Shown piece after piece: positions 32,627-43,262 of a DNA stretch of 64,000 bases. The translations under genes and the position numbers were made by a program. This DNA is from an uncultured Clostridia bacterium (GTDB lineage Bacteria > Bacillota > Clostridia > Christensenellales > UBA1242): NCBI GenBank assembly GCA_944376905.1, contig CALWEA010000001.1, positions 214,676 to 278,675 of the forward strand, written 5' to 3'. The notes beneath the pieces are model-generated. The model was not told the DNA's origin. It saw only the letters and a list, made by a program, of their open reading frames with translations, and searched no databases. Each line of letters opens with the position of its first letter. Positions within the stretch are counted from its first letter, which is position 1.

Positions 32627-32698
32627 AAATTGTTTGATTGTTATAAATTGTTTAATTGTTATAAATTGTTTGATGGTTATAAATTGTTTAATGCTGTT
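32627..32698. repeat. Tandem repeat, 4 x 18 nt (AAATTGTTTRATKGTTAT)
   Basis: Units at 32627-44, 32645-62, 32663-80 and 32681-98, with the last unit degenerate. Confidence 0.8.
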
Positions 32699-32894
32699 GA
32701 TACTTTAATATTGCTCCATTATTCCATTGTTGGTTAATTTTAAATGTATTGGTCAATTTTGATAATATTATTTAAAATTATGCTATTTTTTTGTTGTTTT
32801 TATGGAATTTTGTCGTTATTTTATTTGATTATTTAGAAAAATATAAAAAAATTGTTGACATATTATTTTTTTTATGATATCTTATCAAAGATTT

Positions 32895-32971
32895 GGCGGC
32901 GTAGCTCAGTTGGTTAGAGCGTACGGCTCATACCCGTAAGGTCACTGGTTCGAATCTAGTCGCCGCTACCA
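32895..32971 (+). tRNA. tRNA-Met (anticodon CAT), elongator-type; a lysidine-modified tRNA-Ile2 cannot be excluded
   Basis: Cloverleaf by hand: acceptor GGCGGCG/CGCCGCT (G1-U72), D-arm GCTC-AGTTGGTTA-GAGC, anticodon arm TACGG-CTCATAC-CCGTA, T-arm ACTGG-TTCGAAT-CTAGT, and an encoded CCA. Confidence 0.85.
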
Positions 32972-33073
32972 ACAACAAAATTTATTTTTGTAAAATCTTT
33001 AATCATAGAAACAAACTTAGTTTAGTTGTTTGGTTATTGAAACAATTTTTGTTTCCTAATTAAAGATTTTTTT

Positions 33074-33148
33074 GGTCCCGTGGTCAAGAGGTCAAGACGT
33101 CGCCCTTTCACGGCGGAATCAGGGGTTCAATTCCCCTCGGGATCACCA
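33074..33148 (+). tRNA. tRNA-Glu (anticodon TTC)
   Basis: Acceptor GGTCCCG/CGGGATC, anticodon arm TCGCC-CTTTCAC-GGCGG, T-arm AGGGG-TTCAATT-CCCCT, and an encoded CCA. Confidence 0.85.
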
Positions 33149-33151
33149 ATT

Positions 33152-33173
33152 AACACCTTGGAGGTGTTTTTTT
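33152..33173 (+). terminator. Rho-independent terminator after the tRNA pair
   Basis: AACACCT-TGG-AGGTGTT followed by TTTTT. Confidence 0.6.
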
Positions 33174-33468
33174 ATTTTTAATTTATTTTATTGTTAATGA
33201 GATTAAGGTTATTTACAAAATTTTTTTTGATATATCAATCTTGACTTTTAATCTTGATGTTATATTCTTTATAATCTTTAATAATTACTTTAACGATTAC
33301 TTTAATGATTACTTTTTTAATTATTTTTAACGTTTTTTTGCTTAACTTATAAGTTTAATTTTAAATAAAAGAAATATAAGTTTTAATCTTGTTTTATTAC
33401 TAACTCTTATATACTTTATATTAGCAAACACATATAGACAAATGTATGTTGACAAATATATAGACAAT

Positions 33469-33590
33469 AAGAACTTTATATTAGAAACTTTATATTAAAA
33501 ACTTTATATTAAAAACTTATAGTAAAAACTTATAGTAAAAACTTTTTATAAAAACTTTATGATAAGAACTTTATGGTAAAAACTTTATAT
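33469..33590. repeat. Degenerate tandem repeat array, about 8 units of 14-17 nt (AAAACTTTATATTA-like)
   Basis: AAGAACTTTATATTAG / AAACTTTATATTAA / AAACTTTATATTAA / AAACTTATAGTAA x2 / AAACTTTTTATAA / AAACTTTATGATAAG / AACTTTATGGTAA / AAACTTTATATAAC. Confidence 0.7.
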
Positions 33591-34107
33591 AACTATAATA
33601 AAAAATTTTATATAATATATAATTATGATAAAAAAATTTATATAATATACAATAAAAATTATATATAACCTATATATAATTATTTATTAAAATAATATTA
33701 CTTTTATTTTGCAAAAGTATGTTGAACATTGAATTATAAATATATTTAATGATAGTGAATATAATAAAATATGAATTTAGACATTTCAATTTTACACTTT
33801 AAAAATTTTTATAAACTAAAAATTGGATACTTTATTGCTGGTTGATTTTTATTTTTTATTTTTTTATTTGTTTTATTAAAAATTTAAGTATTTAAAATTT
33901 ATAAAATAACAAAAAAATAAGAAATTTTTAAAATTTACACAAAATTTTAACTAATTTTTATTGTTTTTGCATGTTTTTTTTAACTTTTTTTAATTTTTTA
34001 AAAGTTGGGTATTGATTATTTAATTATTTTGTGATAAAATAGAGAACAAGTGAAATTACGCTTACAAATTTTTAAAATTTATACATAGTAGATAGGAGTA
34101 CATAATT

Positions 34108-36234
34108 ATGGATTTTTTGGAAGCACTTTTAAATGTTTTAGCTATTATTGGTATCATCGTTGCCGCTGCTTTTATAATATTTTTTCTTGGTGATTTGTTG
34201 CTCTCTGTTTTAGAACCTCGTAGACAAAAACAAAATGAAGAACATTATAAACAGTTAACTAATACAGATGATAGTGATAACAAGGAAATTAATTATTCTT
34301 CTTATGAAGAGTATTCAAAAACTAAAAACAATTCTAACGATATGGGAACTGTTACAGCTTTTGTTCCTGAACCAGAAACTGAAAATATTAATCAACAATC
34401 TGAACCAACTGCTGTTAATTATGAAGAGGCTATAAATGAAAGACGTCATTTAGGGTTTGATGATGATTCAACTAATTTTATAAGCAATAATAATGAAGTT
34501 GTTGTTTCTAATGAAAAAAGTAATGAAAACGATAGCGACCCTGATTTAGATAATTTGTTTAATGAACAAGATTTTAATTTTAGTGATGATTTCGATTTTA
34601 ATTTTGGTGATGAGGAAACTCAAAAAGAAATTACAGAAATTAATGAACATATTGAAGAAACAGACAAATTAGCTGAACCTCTTGTTGTTGCTGAAAAGAC
34701 AACTAAAAATGATATTCAAACTGCAACTAATTATGATTATGTTCAAATTTCTCAAGATGAAAACCCTGTTAATATGATTAACGTTGTTAGTGATGATAAT
34801 GCAGTTAAACAAGCAGAATTGAACGCTAAAATGCAAGAAGAAATTGAAAAACTTCGTCAAGAACTTGCAAATCAAAAAAATGAATACGAACGCTTACGTC
34901 TTGAAGCAGAAAATAATAAAGAAAAATTAGAAAATGAAAAAGAACAATTAGAACAACTTTATAAATCTGCAGAAGAGGAAATTCAAAAGGAAAAAGAAAT
35001 TGCTAAAACTCCTTTGTTAAGTTTAGAAGAGTATGAGGCTCGTCTTGAAGTTTTAAAAGCTAGACTTAAAGCAAATGAAAAAGAACTTAAAGCAAATAAA
35101 CGAGAATTTTTACCTCTTCGTAAGGTTAGAAAAACTTTGGATAATGATAAAAAGAAACTTCGTAGAAGAGAAGCGTTAGTTGCTAAACAAAAGGTTATTC
35201 TTTATGGTGTTAACAACATAATGGAAATCGACGAAGCAAAAGCCAAAAAATTGGCAGAAGATTTAGACTTGTTAGATGGTCTTAAAGTTTCTGTTCAACA
35301 TTGTGAAGAGGTTATGGAGGCTAATAAAGAAAGATATCCTATCCTTGAAACAACTTACAGAATTTTAACTTCTGTTAATCAAGATTTGAAAGATGATATC
35401 GCTGAATGTGAAGAAAATATCGCTAAACTTAAAGCAGAAGCGAATGGTGATGAAGGCGCTATTTTAGAAGCAAAAAATATTGTTAATGGTAGAAATCTTG
35501 AAAATAAAAATATTGCAAATGATAACTTTGTTGAAAAAGATGCAAATTTACAAAATGACAATTTAACAAATGTTAAAGAAGATAATAATATTAATTTAGT
35601 ATCTAATATTGAAAGTCAAAATGAAAAAAATAATGACAATTTAAAGGAAGAATTGGTTGAAGTTGCAGTTTCTAAACCAAATAAAAAGAATGAAAAAAAT
35701 AAATCTAATAATACAATTATAAGTCCTGTTGCGGCTGAATTAATTGAAGTAACTCAAAATGCAAACAACGAAGAGCAAGGGTTAGAAACAAATTTGATTG
35801 ATGATGAAAAAAAGGCAGAAAATTTATCTTCAAATGATGATTATTCAGTAGTAGATAATAGTAACAATGATTTTGATAAAGAATTTTTGAATAGTGTAAA
35901 TGATGAAAAAAATGCTGAGAATCAAGACAAATCTGTTTCAAGTGAAGATGACAAAGATTTAATAAATGATTTCAATTTAGATGAAAATAGTGATACAAAT
36001 GATAATCCTTTTAATTTTGAAGAAGAATTTGCAACTTTTGAACAATATCAAAATCAATTAAAAAACAAAAAAGATGAAAATAATTTAACAGAAACCAAAG
36101 ACGAGAATAGTGGGGAAGACAAGACGAAAAAGGACAAGAAAAAAAGTTCATCAAATACCGATAAAAAAGAACAACGAAGAAAAGGTGGACGTCCTCGCAA
36201 AGAAGATATTGGTGATATAGATGATATTTTGTAA
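34108..36234 (+). CDS. N-terminally membrane-anchored acidic coiled-coil protein with C-terminal AT-hook-like GRP motif
   Basis: The TM is VLAIIGIIVAAAFIIFFLGDLLL. A long E/K/N-rich heptad region (EIEKLRQELANQKNEYERLRLEAENNKEKLENEKEQLEQL) follows. The C-terminus is RRKGGRPRKED. Confidence 0.55.
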   Translation: MDFLEALLNVLAIIGIIVAAAFIIFFLGDLLLSVLEPRRQKQNEEHYKQLTNTDDSDNKEINYSSYEEYSKTKNNSNDMGTVTAFVPEPETENINQQSEPTAVNYEEAINERRHLGFDDDSTNFISNNNEVVVSNEKSNENDSDPDLDNLFNEQDFNFSDDFDFNFGDEETQKEITEINEHIEETDKLAEPLVVAEKTTKNDIQTATNYDYVQISQDENPVNMINVVSDDNAVKQAELNAKMQEEIEKLRQELANQKNEYERLRLEAENNKEKLENEKEQLEQLYKSAEEEIQKEKEIAKTPLLSLEEYEARLEVLKARLKANEKELKANKREFLPLRKVRKTLDNDKKKLRRREALVAKQKVILYGVNNIMEIDEAKAKKLAEDLDLLDGLKVSVQHCEEVMEANKERYPILETTYRILTSVNQDLKDDIAECEENIAKLKAEANGDEGAILEAKNIVNGRNLENKNIANDNFVEKDANLQNDNLTNVKEDNNINLVSNIESQNEKNNDNLKEELVEVAVSKPNKKNEKNKSNNTIISPVAAELIEVTQNANNEEQGLETNLIDDEKKAENLSSNDDYSVVDNSNNDFDKEFLNSVNDEKNAENQDKSVSSEDDKDLINDFNLDENSDTNDNPFNFEEEFATFEQYQNQLKNKKDENNLTETKDENSGEDKTKKDKKKSSSNTDKKEQRRKGGRPRKEDIGDIDDIL

Positions 36235-36270
36235 TTGAAAAAATTTTACATTTTAATTATTAAAAACAAT

Positions 36271-36351
36271 AAAAAACCACCAGTGGATTGGGGTGCACCC
36301 TAAAAGTTGGACAACTTAAGGAGGTTCACTTCATGAATATGGTGGTTTTTT
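36271..36351. repeat. Hairpin-bounded ~80-nt element, copy B (related to 29051-29134); probable bidirectional terminator
   Basis: AAAAAACCACCA (36271-82) is the exact complement of TGGTGGTTTTTT (36340-51), enclosing 57 nt. The interior contains the palindrome GGGTGCACCC and AAGGAGG + 8 nt + ATG. Confidence 0.55.
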
Positions 36352-36535
36352 ATTATATCTATTTTTTTAAGTTAATTTAATATTATCTTTACTAATCAAT
36401 AAAAATTGATATATAAATTATTGAATAAGCATTACTACGTTTTTAATTTTAAACATTTAATATAATTTTTATAAATAATAGTTGTTAAATTTTATTTAAA
36501 TTTTATTTACGTTTTATTAAATATATGAAAATATT

Positions 36536-37261
36536 TTACAAAGTTAAAGTGTTGTTATTTAATTTAGTTCTTTTTAAATTTTTTTTATTTTTGTTTAAAA
36601 TAAGTAGAGAACATATTGTATTTAAAACTTCTTCTTGTGTTAAATTAGATGTATCTATATAAATTGCATCTGGTGCTTGTTTAAGTGGTGAAATTTTTCG
36701 GGTTTTATCCATCTCATCTCTAATTTTCATTTGATTTTCTAAATCTTCAATTTCTGATTTTGTCATCTTTTTATTTGTTTGTTCCATTATTTGTTTTGCT
36801 CTTCTAATTGCTCTTATATGTGGGCTTGCGTCTAAATAAAATTTATTTAATGAATTTGGTAAGATTTCAGTTCCAATATCTCTGCCTTCAATAATAATAT
36901 TATTTTGACTTGCTATATCTCTTTGAAGTTTTTTTATTATTTCTCTTATTTGTGGAATTTGTGAAACTTTTGCTACATTATCTGATACAAACGATTTACG
37001 CAACAAATCTGTTACATCTTCATTATTTAAAAACGTATGTTGTAAACCATCAACATAACTAATTGTTATTTTCATATTTTTAGATTTTTCTATAACTTCA
37101 TTTATATTGTTTAAATCAACATTTTGTTTTAGTAAATATATAGTTGATGCTCTATATAGTGCACCTGTATCTAAATATCCCCAACCCAATTTTTTTGACA
37201 ACATAGTTGTTATATTACTTTTTCCAACACCTGCTGGACCGTCAATTGCAATGCTTAGCAT
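36536..37261 (-). CDS. cmk: Cytidylate kinase
   Basis: P-loop IAIDGPAGVGKS, then LDTGALYRA and the (I)IEGRDIGT blocks typical of Cmk. Confidence 0.85.
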   Translation of the reverse strand: MLSIAIDGPAGVGKSNITTMLSKKLGWGYLDTGALYRASTIYLLKQNVDLNNINEVIEKSKNMKITISYVDGLQHTFLNNEDVTDLLRKSFVSDNVAKVSQIPQIREIIKKLQRDIASQNNIIIEGRDIGTEILPNSLNKFYLDASPHIRAIRRAKQIMEQTNKKMTKSEIEDLENQMKIRDEMDKTRKISPLKQAPDAIYIDTSNLTQEEVLNTICSLLILNKNKKNLKRTKLNNNTLTL

Positions 37262-37335
37262 TTTTATCTCCTTTTAGTTTTAATTATTACATTATTATAA
37301 CCAAAAAAAAGCGATAAATTGATATCGCTTTAAAA

Positions 37336-38142
37336 TTATTTATTTAAATCTTTATTTTGTTGTAAGGACTGTTGAGTTGTTTCTTTTTTTGTTTTTGAAA
37401 TATTGGTTTTTACTTGTGGTTTTTTAGTTAAATTTTTAGTTTTTAAAGAAACTTTATCAAATTTGTGTAATTCTTCTTTTGCTACTTGCATTTCCGCATG
37501 TTGAGCCATTCTTAAAGCACGTTCACTAATAAAATGAACTAACCAAAGTCTGTTTTTTCTAATTTTATTCTTTTTTGCAAGACGTTTTATACCATCAGGT
37601 CCTAAAAAATATTCACTTTCTTTATCGGCAAAGTCAAAATAATATTCATTATATCCTTGAATATTAAAAGGTATATTATTACATTCACCAGCATATAAAA
37701 TCTTTTTATTGTTTAAAAATAATTCTACAGGACAAGACATACTTTTGTCTTTATGTGGAACTGCTAAGAAATTAATCCAATTAAAACCACTTTTTATAGG
37801 ATCTAAAATTTGACAGTCTATGTCTGGCTTTATTCCTCTTTTTTTCAAGATATCTTTATCAAAACTTATACTATCTATTAAAATAGGAGTGTTTCCAGTT
37901 TCTCCTTTTGCGAAAGCAAAAAATTCTTTAAGATCGTGGATATGATCAGGACTATCATGGGTTAAAATTTGATAAACTTGTTTAACATTTTTTAAAACGC
38001 CACTTGTTTTAACTGCGTCTAAAACACCAACACCACAATTTATCATAATCATTATACCATCTTTTTTGTAATAGCAACTTTTATCATTAACTGCTTTTTT
38101 GCCATTTATTTTAGATTCCAAAAATTTTAATGTTTGACTCAT
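37336..38142 (-). CDS. Metallo-beta-lactamase-fold-like protein with atypical metal motif (tentative)
   Basis: IMINCGVGVL...QILTHDSPDHIHDL resembles the MBL beta-strand plus HxHxDH region, but reads HDSPDH. The C-terminus is a Lys-rich tail. Confidence 0.35.
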   Translation of the reverse strand: MSQTLKFLESKINGKKAVNDKSCYYKKDGIMIMINCGVGVLDAVKTSGVLKNVKQVYQILTHDSPDHIHDLKEFFAFAKGETGNTPILIDSISFDKDILKKRGIKPDIDCQILDPIKSGFNWINFLAVPHKDKSMSCPVELFLNNKKILYAGECNNIPFNIQGYNEYYFDFADKESEYFLGPDGIKRLAKKNKIRKNRLWLVHFISERALRMAQHAEMQVAKEELHKFDKVSLKTKNLTKKPQVKTNISKTKKETTQQSLQQNKDLNK

Positions 38143-38448
38143 TTATTTCTCCTTACAATAAGTGGTAAATGTTTCAAGTAGTTGTATAACATCAAAGATA
38201 TTATACACAATTTTTAAAAAAAGTCAATGCAAAAAATTTAAATGTTTTATAAATTTTTATAAAATGATTTGATATTAAAGTATTTTGTGATAATATAACT
38301 TTATCTCTGGTTATGTTAACATGATTTCACATCATTTGCTATTAGATGAAATATAATTTAATCAGTAAATTGAAAAGTTTAAAGATAAAACATTAATGTT
38401 TTTAGTTTTGTTATTTTTTATTTTCTTTTTATAAATAATAAGGAGTTT

Positions 38449-39192
38449 ATGATTTTTATGAAAAAAATTGCTTTAATAACTGGCGCTTCAAGGGGCATTG
38501 GCGCTCAAATTGCTAAAACTTTTGCGCAAAATAACTACACAGTTATTATTAATTATAATTCTTCTCAAAAATTAGCGGAAAATGTTGTCGCTGAAATAAT
38601 TGGTTTTGGTGGCGAAGCATTGGCTATCAAGGCGGATGTTGCAAATAAAAATGAAGTTGAAAAGATGTTTCAAACAATTATAAAAATTTTTGGACATCTT
38701 GATGTTCTGGTAAATAACGCTGGTATTTCTTTAAATAAATTATTAATTGATTGTGAAGAAGAGGATTTTGATAAAATCATTTCTATTAATCTTAAAGGTA
38801 CATTTTTAGCAAGTAAGTATGCTCTTAAATCTATGATTTCTCAACAAAGTGGTTGTATTGTTAATATATCTTCTTTTTGGGGGCAAACTGGTGGGGCAAA
38901 TGAGGCGTTATATTCGGCAAGTAAAGCAGGTGTTATAGGTTTAACAAAGGCAATGGCAAAAGAATATGCTTTATGTAATATTCGTGTTAATGCAGTTAGT
39001 GCGGGAGTTATTAAAACTCAAATGAATGACGAATACGGTGAAAATTTTTATGAGGAGATAAAACAACAAATTCCAACTGAAAAAATTGGTTGTCCTCAAG
39101 ATGTTGCTGATGCTGTTTTATTTTTAGTTTCTAAACAAGCAAATTATATAACTGGTCAAATTCTTAATGTTAATGGCGGAATTTTAATTTAA
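38449..39192 (+). CDS. Short-chain dehydrogenase/reductase, FabG-like (3-oxoacyl-ACP reductase family)
   Basis: TGASRGIG, NNAG and the catalytic YSASK are present. The start could instead be ATG 38458 (MKKIAL). Confidence 0.75.
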   Translation: MIFMKKIALITGASRGIGAQIAKTFAQNNYTVIINYNSSQKLAENVVAEIIGFGGEALAIKADVANKNEVEKMFQTIIKIFGHLDVLVNNAGISLNKLLIDCEEEDFDKIISINLKGTFLASKYALKSMISQQSGCIVNISSFWGQTGGANEALYSASKAGVIGLTKAMAKEYALCNIRVNAVSAGVIKTQMNDEYGENFYEEIKQQIPTEKIGCPQDVADAVLFLVSKQANYITGQILNVNGGILI

Positions 39193-39915
39193 TTTTTAAT
39201 TTTATTTTAATTTTTTTTGGTTTTTAATGTTTTTAATATTTATAATATTTTTATAAATAAAAAATTTATAGAACAAAAACAATTTTGTCAAATCTAAATA
39301 AAGTATATTTGTTACAAATTTAAATTTAAAATAAGTTAATTGGATTGTTAAAAATAAAATAGTTTAAAATAAAATAGTTAAAAATAATATTGTTAAAAAT
39401 AAATAAAAATAAAATAGAAAGAATATAAATAATGAATATAAATAATGAAAAGTATAAAAAACTGAGTGTAAGTGATAAAAGTAATAAATAGATATATATA
39501 ATTTAGTACACATACTATAACAAAACAAATATAACAAAACAAACTTGAAAAAAATTATTTATTGAAAAATTAAAATTTATATCAACAACTGAATTATTGG
39601 TTATATTTTTTATATAACATAATAACAAATTTAAGAAGATAATGTGTTAATCTTGATAAAATTTAATGAATTGATATTAAAAAAATTTGATAATAATTAA
39701 TACTTCTAGTGTTAAAAAAGCACGAAAAAAATAAAATTGTTGGTTTTTTTTTAAAACAGTTGATTTTTTTTATGAAATTGTATAAACTACTTTAACGGTT
39801 TTCGTTATTTTATTTTATAATTCTATAAAACTAGACTAATTTATTAATTAGTTTTTAACATAAAATAAATTATTGAAAAATTTTTATGATAACTAAAATT
39901 TAAAAGAGGTATAAA

Positions 39916-42414
39916 TTGAATAATAAAGGTAAGTCTGGAACTAGATTTTTTTATTGGATACTGGTTGCCATTTTGGTTTTTTTGATTATTTTTTCATTTA
40001 CTGGAACTTCTTCGTATGGCAAGAGAACTTATTTTAATGAAGTTGTTGAACATTTTGAAAATAATGAAATAGAATCATGGTATGTTGTTGGTAATTCGAA
40101 AATTATTTTTAAATTGACTGATGTTGCTGGCTCTAAAGTTGGTGAAAATGAATTTCCTAAAAAAGCAGATTTTTATATTGCTTTTAACTCACAAGAATAT
40201 AGTGTTTTGTTAGAAAATGAAAATTACAAAGTTCTTTATTATGGTTCTGAACAACCAACTGGTTCTATCATTGATTATATTTATCCAATTCTTATGATTG
40301 GATTGGGTATTGCTATCATTTACTTTATGTATAGAATGTTTTCAGGTAAAGGTAATGGTGCTTTAAGTTTTGGCAAAAGCAGGGCAAGAGCTGTTGGGGG
40401 TATTAAAGTTAGATTTGCTGATATTGCTGGGGCTGAAGAAGAAAAAGAAGAACTTCGTGAAATTGTTGAATTCTTAAAACAACCTTCTAAATTCACTGAA
40501 TTAGGTGCTAGAATTCCAAAAGGTGTTTTATTAGTTGGCCCTCCTGGAACTGGTAAAACATTATTAGCAAGAGCAGTTGCTGGGGAAAGTGATGTTCCTT
40601 TTTTATCCATAAGTGGTTCTGATTTTGTTGAAATGTATGTCGGTGTTGGCGCTGCAAGAGTTCGTGATTTATTTGAACAAGCAAAAAGAAATAGTCCTTG
40701 TATTATCTTTATTGATGAAATTGATGCCGTTGGGCGTCAAAGAGGAGCGGGGCTTGGTGGAAGTAATGATGAAAGAGAGCAGACTTTAAACCAAATGCTA
40801 GTTGAACTCGATGGTTTTGAAGCAAACACAGGTATAATTGTTCTTGCTGCAACAAATCGTGCGGATGTTCTAGACCCTGCGCTTTTAAGACCTGGGCGTT
40901 TTGATAGACAAGTTTATGTTCATCCACCAGATGTTAAAGGGCGTGAGGGTATTATTAGAATTCATGCCAAAAATAAACCTATTGACGATGAAGTTGACTT
41001 TCAAACTCTTGCAAGAATTACTAGTGGTTTCACTGGTGCGGATTTGGAAAATATGCTTAATGAAGCCGCAATCTTGGCGGCCCGTGGCAATAGACCAAAA
41101 ATTTTAATGCAAGACATAACCGAAGGTATTAACAAGGTTATCATGGGACCACAAAAGAAAAGCAGTCTAGTTACAGAACGTGATAGAAAAATAACTGCTT
41201 ATCATGAAAGTGGACATGCAATTTTGGCAAAAAAACTTAAACACACAGAAGAAGTTCAAGAAGTTTCTATTATCCCTAGAGGTATGGCAGGGGGCTATAC
41301 TATGAGTCGCCCTATAAATGACGATAAATATCTAACTTATAACAAATTAAATGATACAATTGCCGAATTAATGGGTGGTAGAATTGCAGAAGAATTGATT
41401 TTTAAAGATGTAACAACAGGTGCTTCTAATGATATTCAGCGTGCTAGTGAAATTGCTCGTAAAATGATTACAGAGTGGGGTATGAGTAAACATCTTGGAT
41501 TTGTTAGTTTTGGAACAGATAATGAAGTTTTTATAGGTAGAGATTATCAACATAGGGCTTTATATAGTGAAAAAATGGCGGCGGATATTGATGCTGAAAT
41601 TCAAGATATTTTGGACAAAAACTATCAAAGAGCAAAGAAAATTTTAACAGAAAATAAATCCTTACTTGATGAAATGGCTAGTTTGTTGCTTGAAAAAGAA
41701 ACCATTTACAAAGAAGAAGTTGATATGCTTTTAGACGGAAAAAAGGTTAAAGATATCATTTCTCAAATGGAAGAAAAAGAAAAGGTTCGCAAGGAAAAAG
41801 CTGAAAAAAGTCGTCGAGAAAAAGAAGTTCAAGGTAAACTTAGAGAACTTGAAATGAAAGTTAAAACGAGTGAGGTTTTCTTAAAACATGGTATCCTCTC
41901 ACAAGAGGAACATGATGCGTTGGTTAAGCAATTAAATGATTTTAAGTCTAATATAAATAATTTTTCTGAGGTTGTTGAAAATGATATAAATTCCGAAAAT
42001 GCAACATCACAAAAATCAAATAATTTAGAAAAAAAATCAAAAACAACCAACAAAGGTAAAAGTAAAGAAAAATTAAGTAATGTTAAAGAAGAAAATGTTG
42101 AAGAACATCAAAAAGACCATCAAGAAAATAACAATGCTGATGTTTTAGATAAAAATATTAATTTGTTAAAAGATAATATTAAATCAACAGATGAAAAATT
42201 TATTGATAACTCTATTAAATCTAATAAGAGTGATGTTAACAACATACAAAATAATCATTCACCAAATAATAAATCTAAAAAAAGTGTTGATGATGTTAAG
42301 GTAAGGAAATCTAATAATCAAAAATCTAATAATCAAAAATCTAAAACGTTAAATGAAACTACTAAAACAAAAGTAAATTCTAAAAATTCAACTGACGAAG
42401 GAGTTAATGAATGA
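39916..42414 (+). CDS. ftsH: ATP-dependent zinc metalloprotease FtsH with ~200-aa Lys/Asn/Glu-rich C-terminal extension
   Basis: TTG start follows AGAGG. There are two TM segments. Walker A is GPPGTGKT, Walker B is IIFIDEID, the SRH is [19 protein letters not shown], and the zinc motif is HESGHA. Confidence 0.9.
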   Translation: MNNKGKSGTRFFYWILVAILVFLIIFSFTGTSSYGKRTYFNEVVEHFENNEIESWYVVGNSKIIFKLTDVAGSKVGENEFPKKADFYIAFNSQEYSVLLENENYKVLYYGSEQPTGSIIDYIYPILMIGLGIAIIYFMYRMFSGKGNGALSFGKSRARAVGGIKVRFADIAGAEEEKEELREIVEFLKQPSKFTELGARIPKGVLLVGPPGTGKTLLARAVAGESDVPFLSISGSDFVEMYVGVGAARVRDLFEQAKRNSPCIIFIDEIDAVGRQRGAGLGGSNDEREQTLNQMLVELDGFEANTGIIVLAATNRADVLDPALLRPGRFDRQVYVHPPDVKGREGIIRIHAKNKPIDDEVDFQTLARITSGFTGADLENMLNEAAILAARGNRPKILMQDITEGINKVIMGPQKKSSLVTERDRKITAYHESGHAILAKKLKHTEEVQEVSIIPRGMAGGYTMSRPINDDKYLTYNKLNDTIAELMGGRIAEELIFKDVTTGASNDIQRASEIARKMITEWGMSKHLGFVSFGTDNEVFIGRDYQHRALYSEKMAADIDAEIQDILDKNYQRAKKILTENKSLLDEMASLLLEKETIYKEEVDMLLDGKKVKDIISQMEEKEKVRKEKAEKSRREKEVQGKLRELEMKVKTSEVFLKHGILSQEEHDALVKQLNDFKSNINNFSEVVENDINSENATSQKSNNLEKKSKTTNKGKSKEKLSNVKEENVEEHQKDHQENNNADVLDKNINLLKDNIKSTDEKFIDNSIKSNKSDVNNIQNNHSPNNKSKKSVDDVKVRKSNNQKSNNQKSKTLNETTKTKVNSKNSTDEGVNE

Positions 42415-42965
42415 AAAAGAAAATAGGTATTGCAATTGCTTTTACTTTAATTTTTGTTATTGCTGTTGCTGTTATTGTTATGGTTTGTGTTAAGGTTAAC
42501 TACAAGCCGGAAATAATTAATCCAACAACTATAACCGTTTTGAATAGTGAAAAAAAATCAATAACTTTGACTGAGGATAATGAAAATTTATATAATCAAC
42601 TTATAGATGAATTTGAAAAAAGTTTTACAAGAACTTATTTATCTGCCTTATTTGCAGGTCAAACCTTTAATAATTCAAAAGTAATATTAATTGATGGTAA
42701 TAAAATTGAAAATTTTGAACAATATAAAATAACTTTCAATTATTCAAATAATCCTCAATCTTTAATAGTTGATGGAATTGAACAACCTCAACAATATAGT
42801 CAAATTGTTTTTGGAGTTAGTGAATTTGATGGCTATCAACAAATTAACATATATTTTAAACATTCAATTCAAACAGGACAAGTTGATAAGTATTATTCTT
42901 TAACAACTTATTCTTCTCAAAAGAATTTTTACGATTTTTTAAATAGTATTGAAGATTATAAATAA
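42411..42965 (+). CDS. Membrane-anchored hypothetical protein
   Basis: ATGA overlap with the ftsH stop. The N-terminal TM is [23 protein letters not shown]. Confidence 0.5.
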   Translation: MKKKIGIAIAFTLIFVIAVAVIVMVCVKVNYKPEIINPTTITVLNSEKKSITLTEDNENLYNQLIDEFEKSFTRTYLSALFAGQTFNNSKVILIDGNKIENFEQYKITFNYSNNPQSLIVDGIEQPQQYSQIVFGVSEFDGYQQINIYFKHSIQTGQVDKYYSLTTYSSQKNFYDFLNSIEDYK

Positions 42966-43262
42966 AAAGAAGATAAATTTTAATTTTTAATAAATTTGAA
43001 GTTGAGTTTTTGCTTTATTTATATTAATTTTAGCGAAGTTAAGATTTTTATTTGATTATTATCTAGTTTAAAAAACATAAATTACTTAATTTATGTTTTT
43101 TTTATTAAATTTATTAATATTTAAGAAATACTTTTATTTTTCTTTATTTTTTTTAAAGTATGTGATATACTAACCATAGTTACATATTTATTAAATAATT
43201 TTTTTAAAAGGTAACCTTTTTTGTTTGTAATTTATATAAATAAGAGGGATCAAGGAGGATTT

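Noticed and set aside
25815-33590. Short tandem repeat arrays considered as possible CRISPR arrays
   Set aside because: The units are contiguous, with no unique spacers between them. There are only 3-8 copies of 14-26 nt, no repeat palindromicity and no cas genes in the window.
33176-34107. Chromosomal replication origin in the long AT-rich repeat spacer
   Set aside because: I saw no cluster of DnaA boxes (TTATCCACA-like), and dnaA, dnaN and other origin-linked genes are absent nearby.
36283-36339. preQ1-type riboswitch in element B (GGGTGCACCC hairpin + A-rich tract + AAGGAGG)
   Set aside because: The loop and tail do not match the preQ1-I consensus as I remember it. Copy A lacks both the hairpin and the SD. 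The only downstream ORF is 15 codons long.
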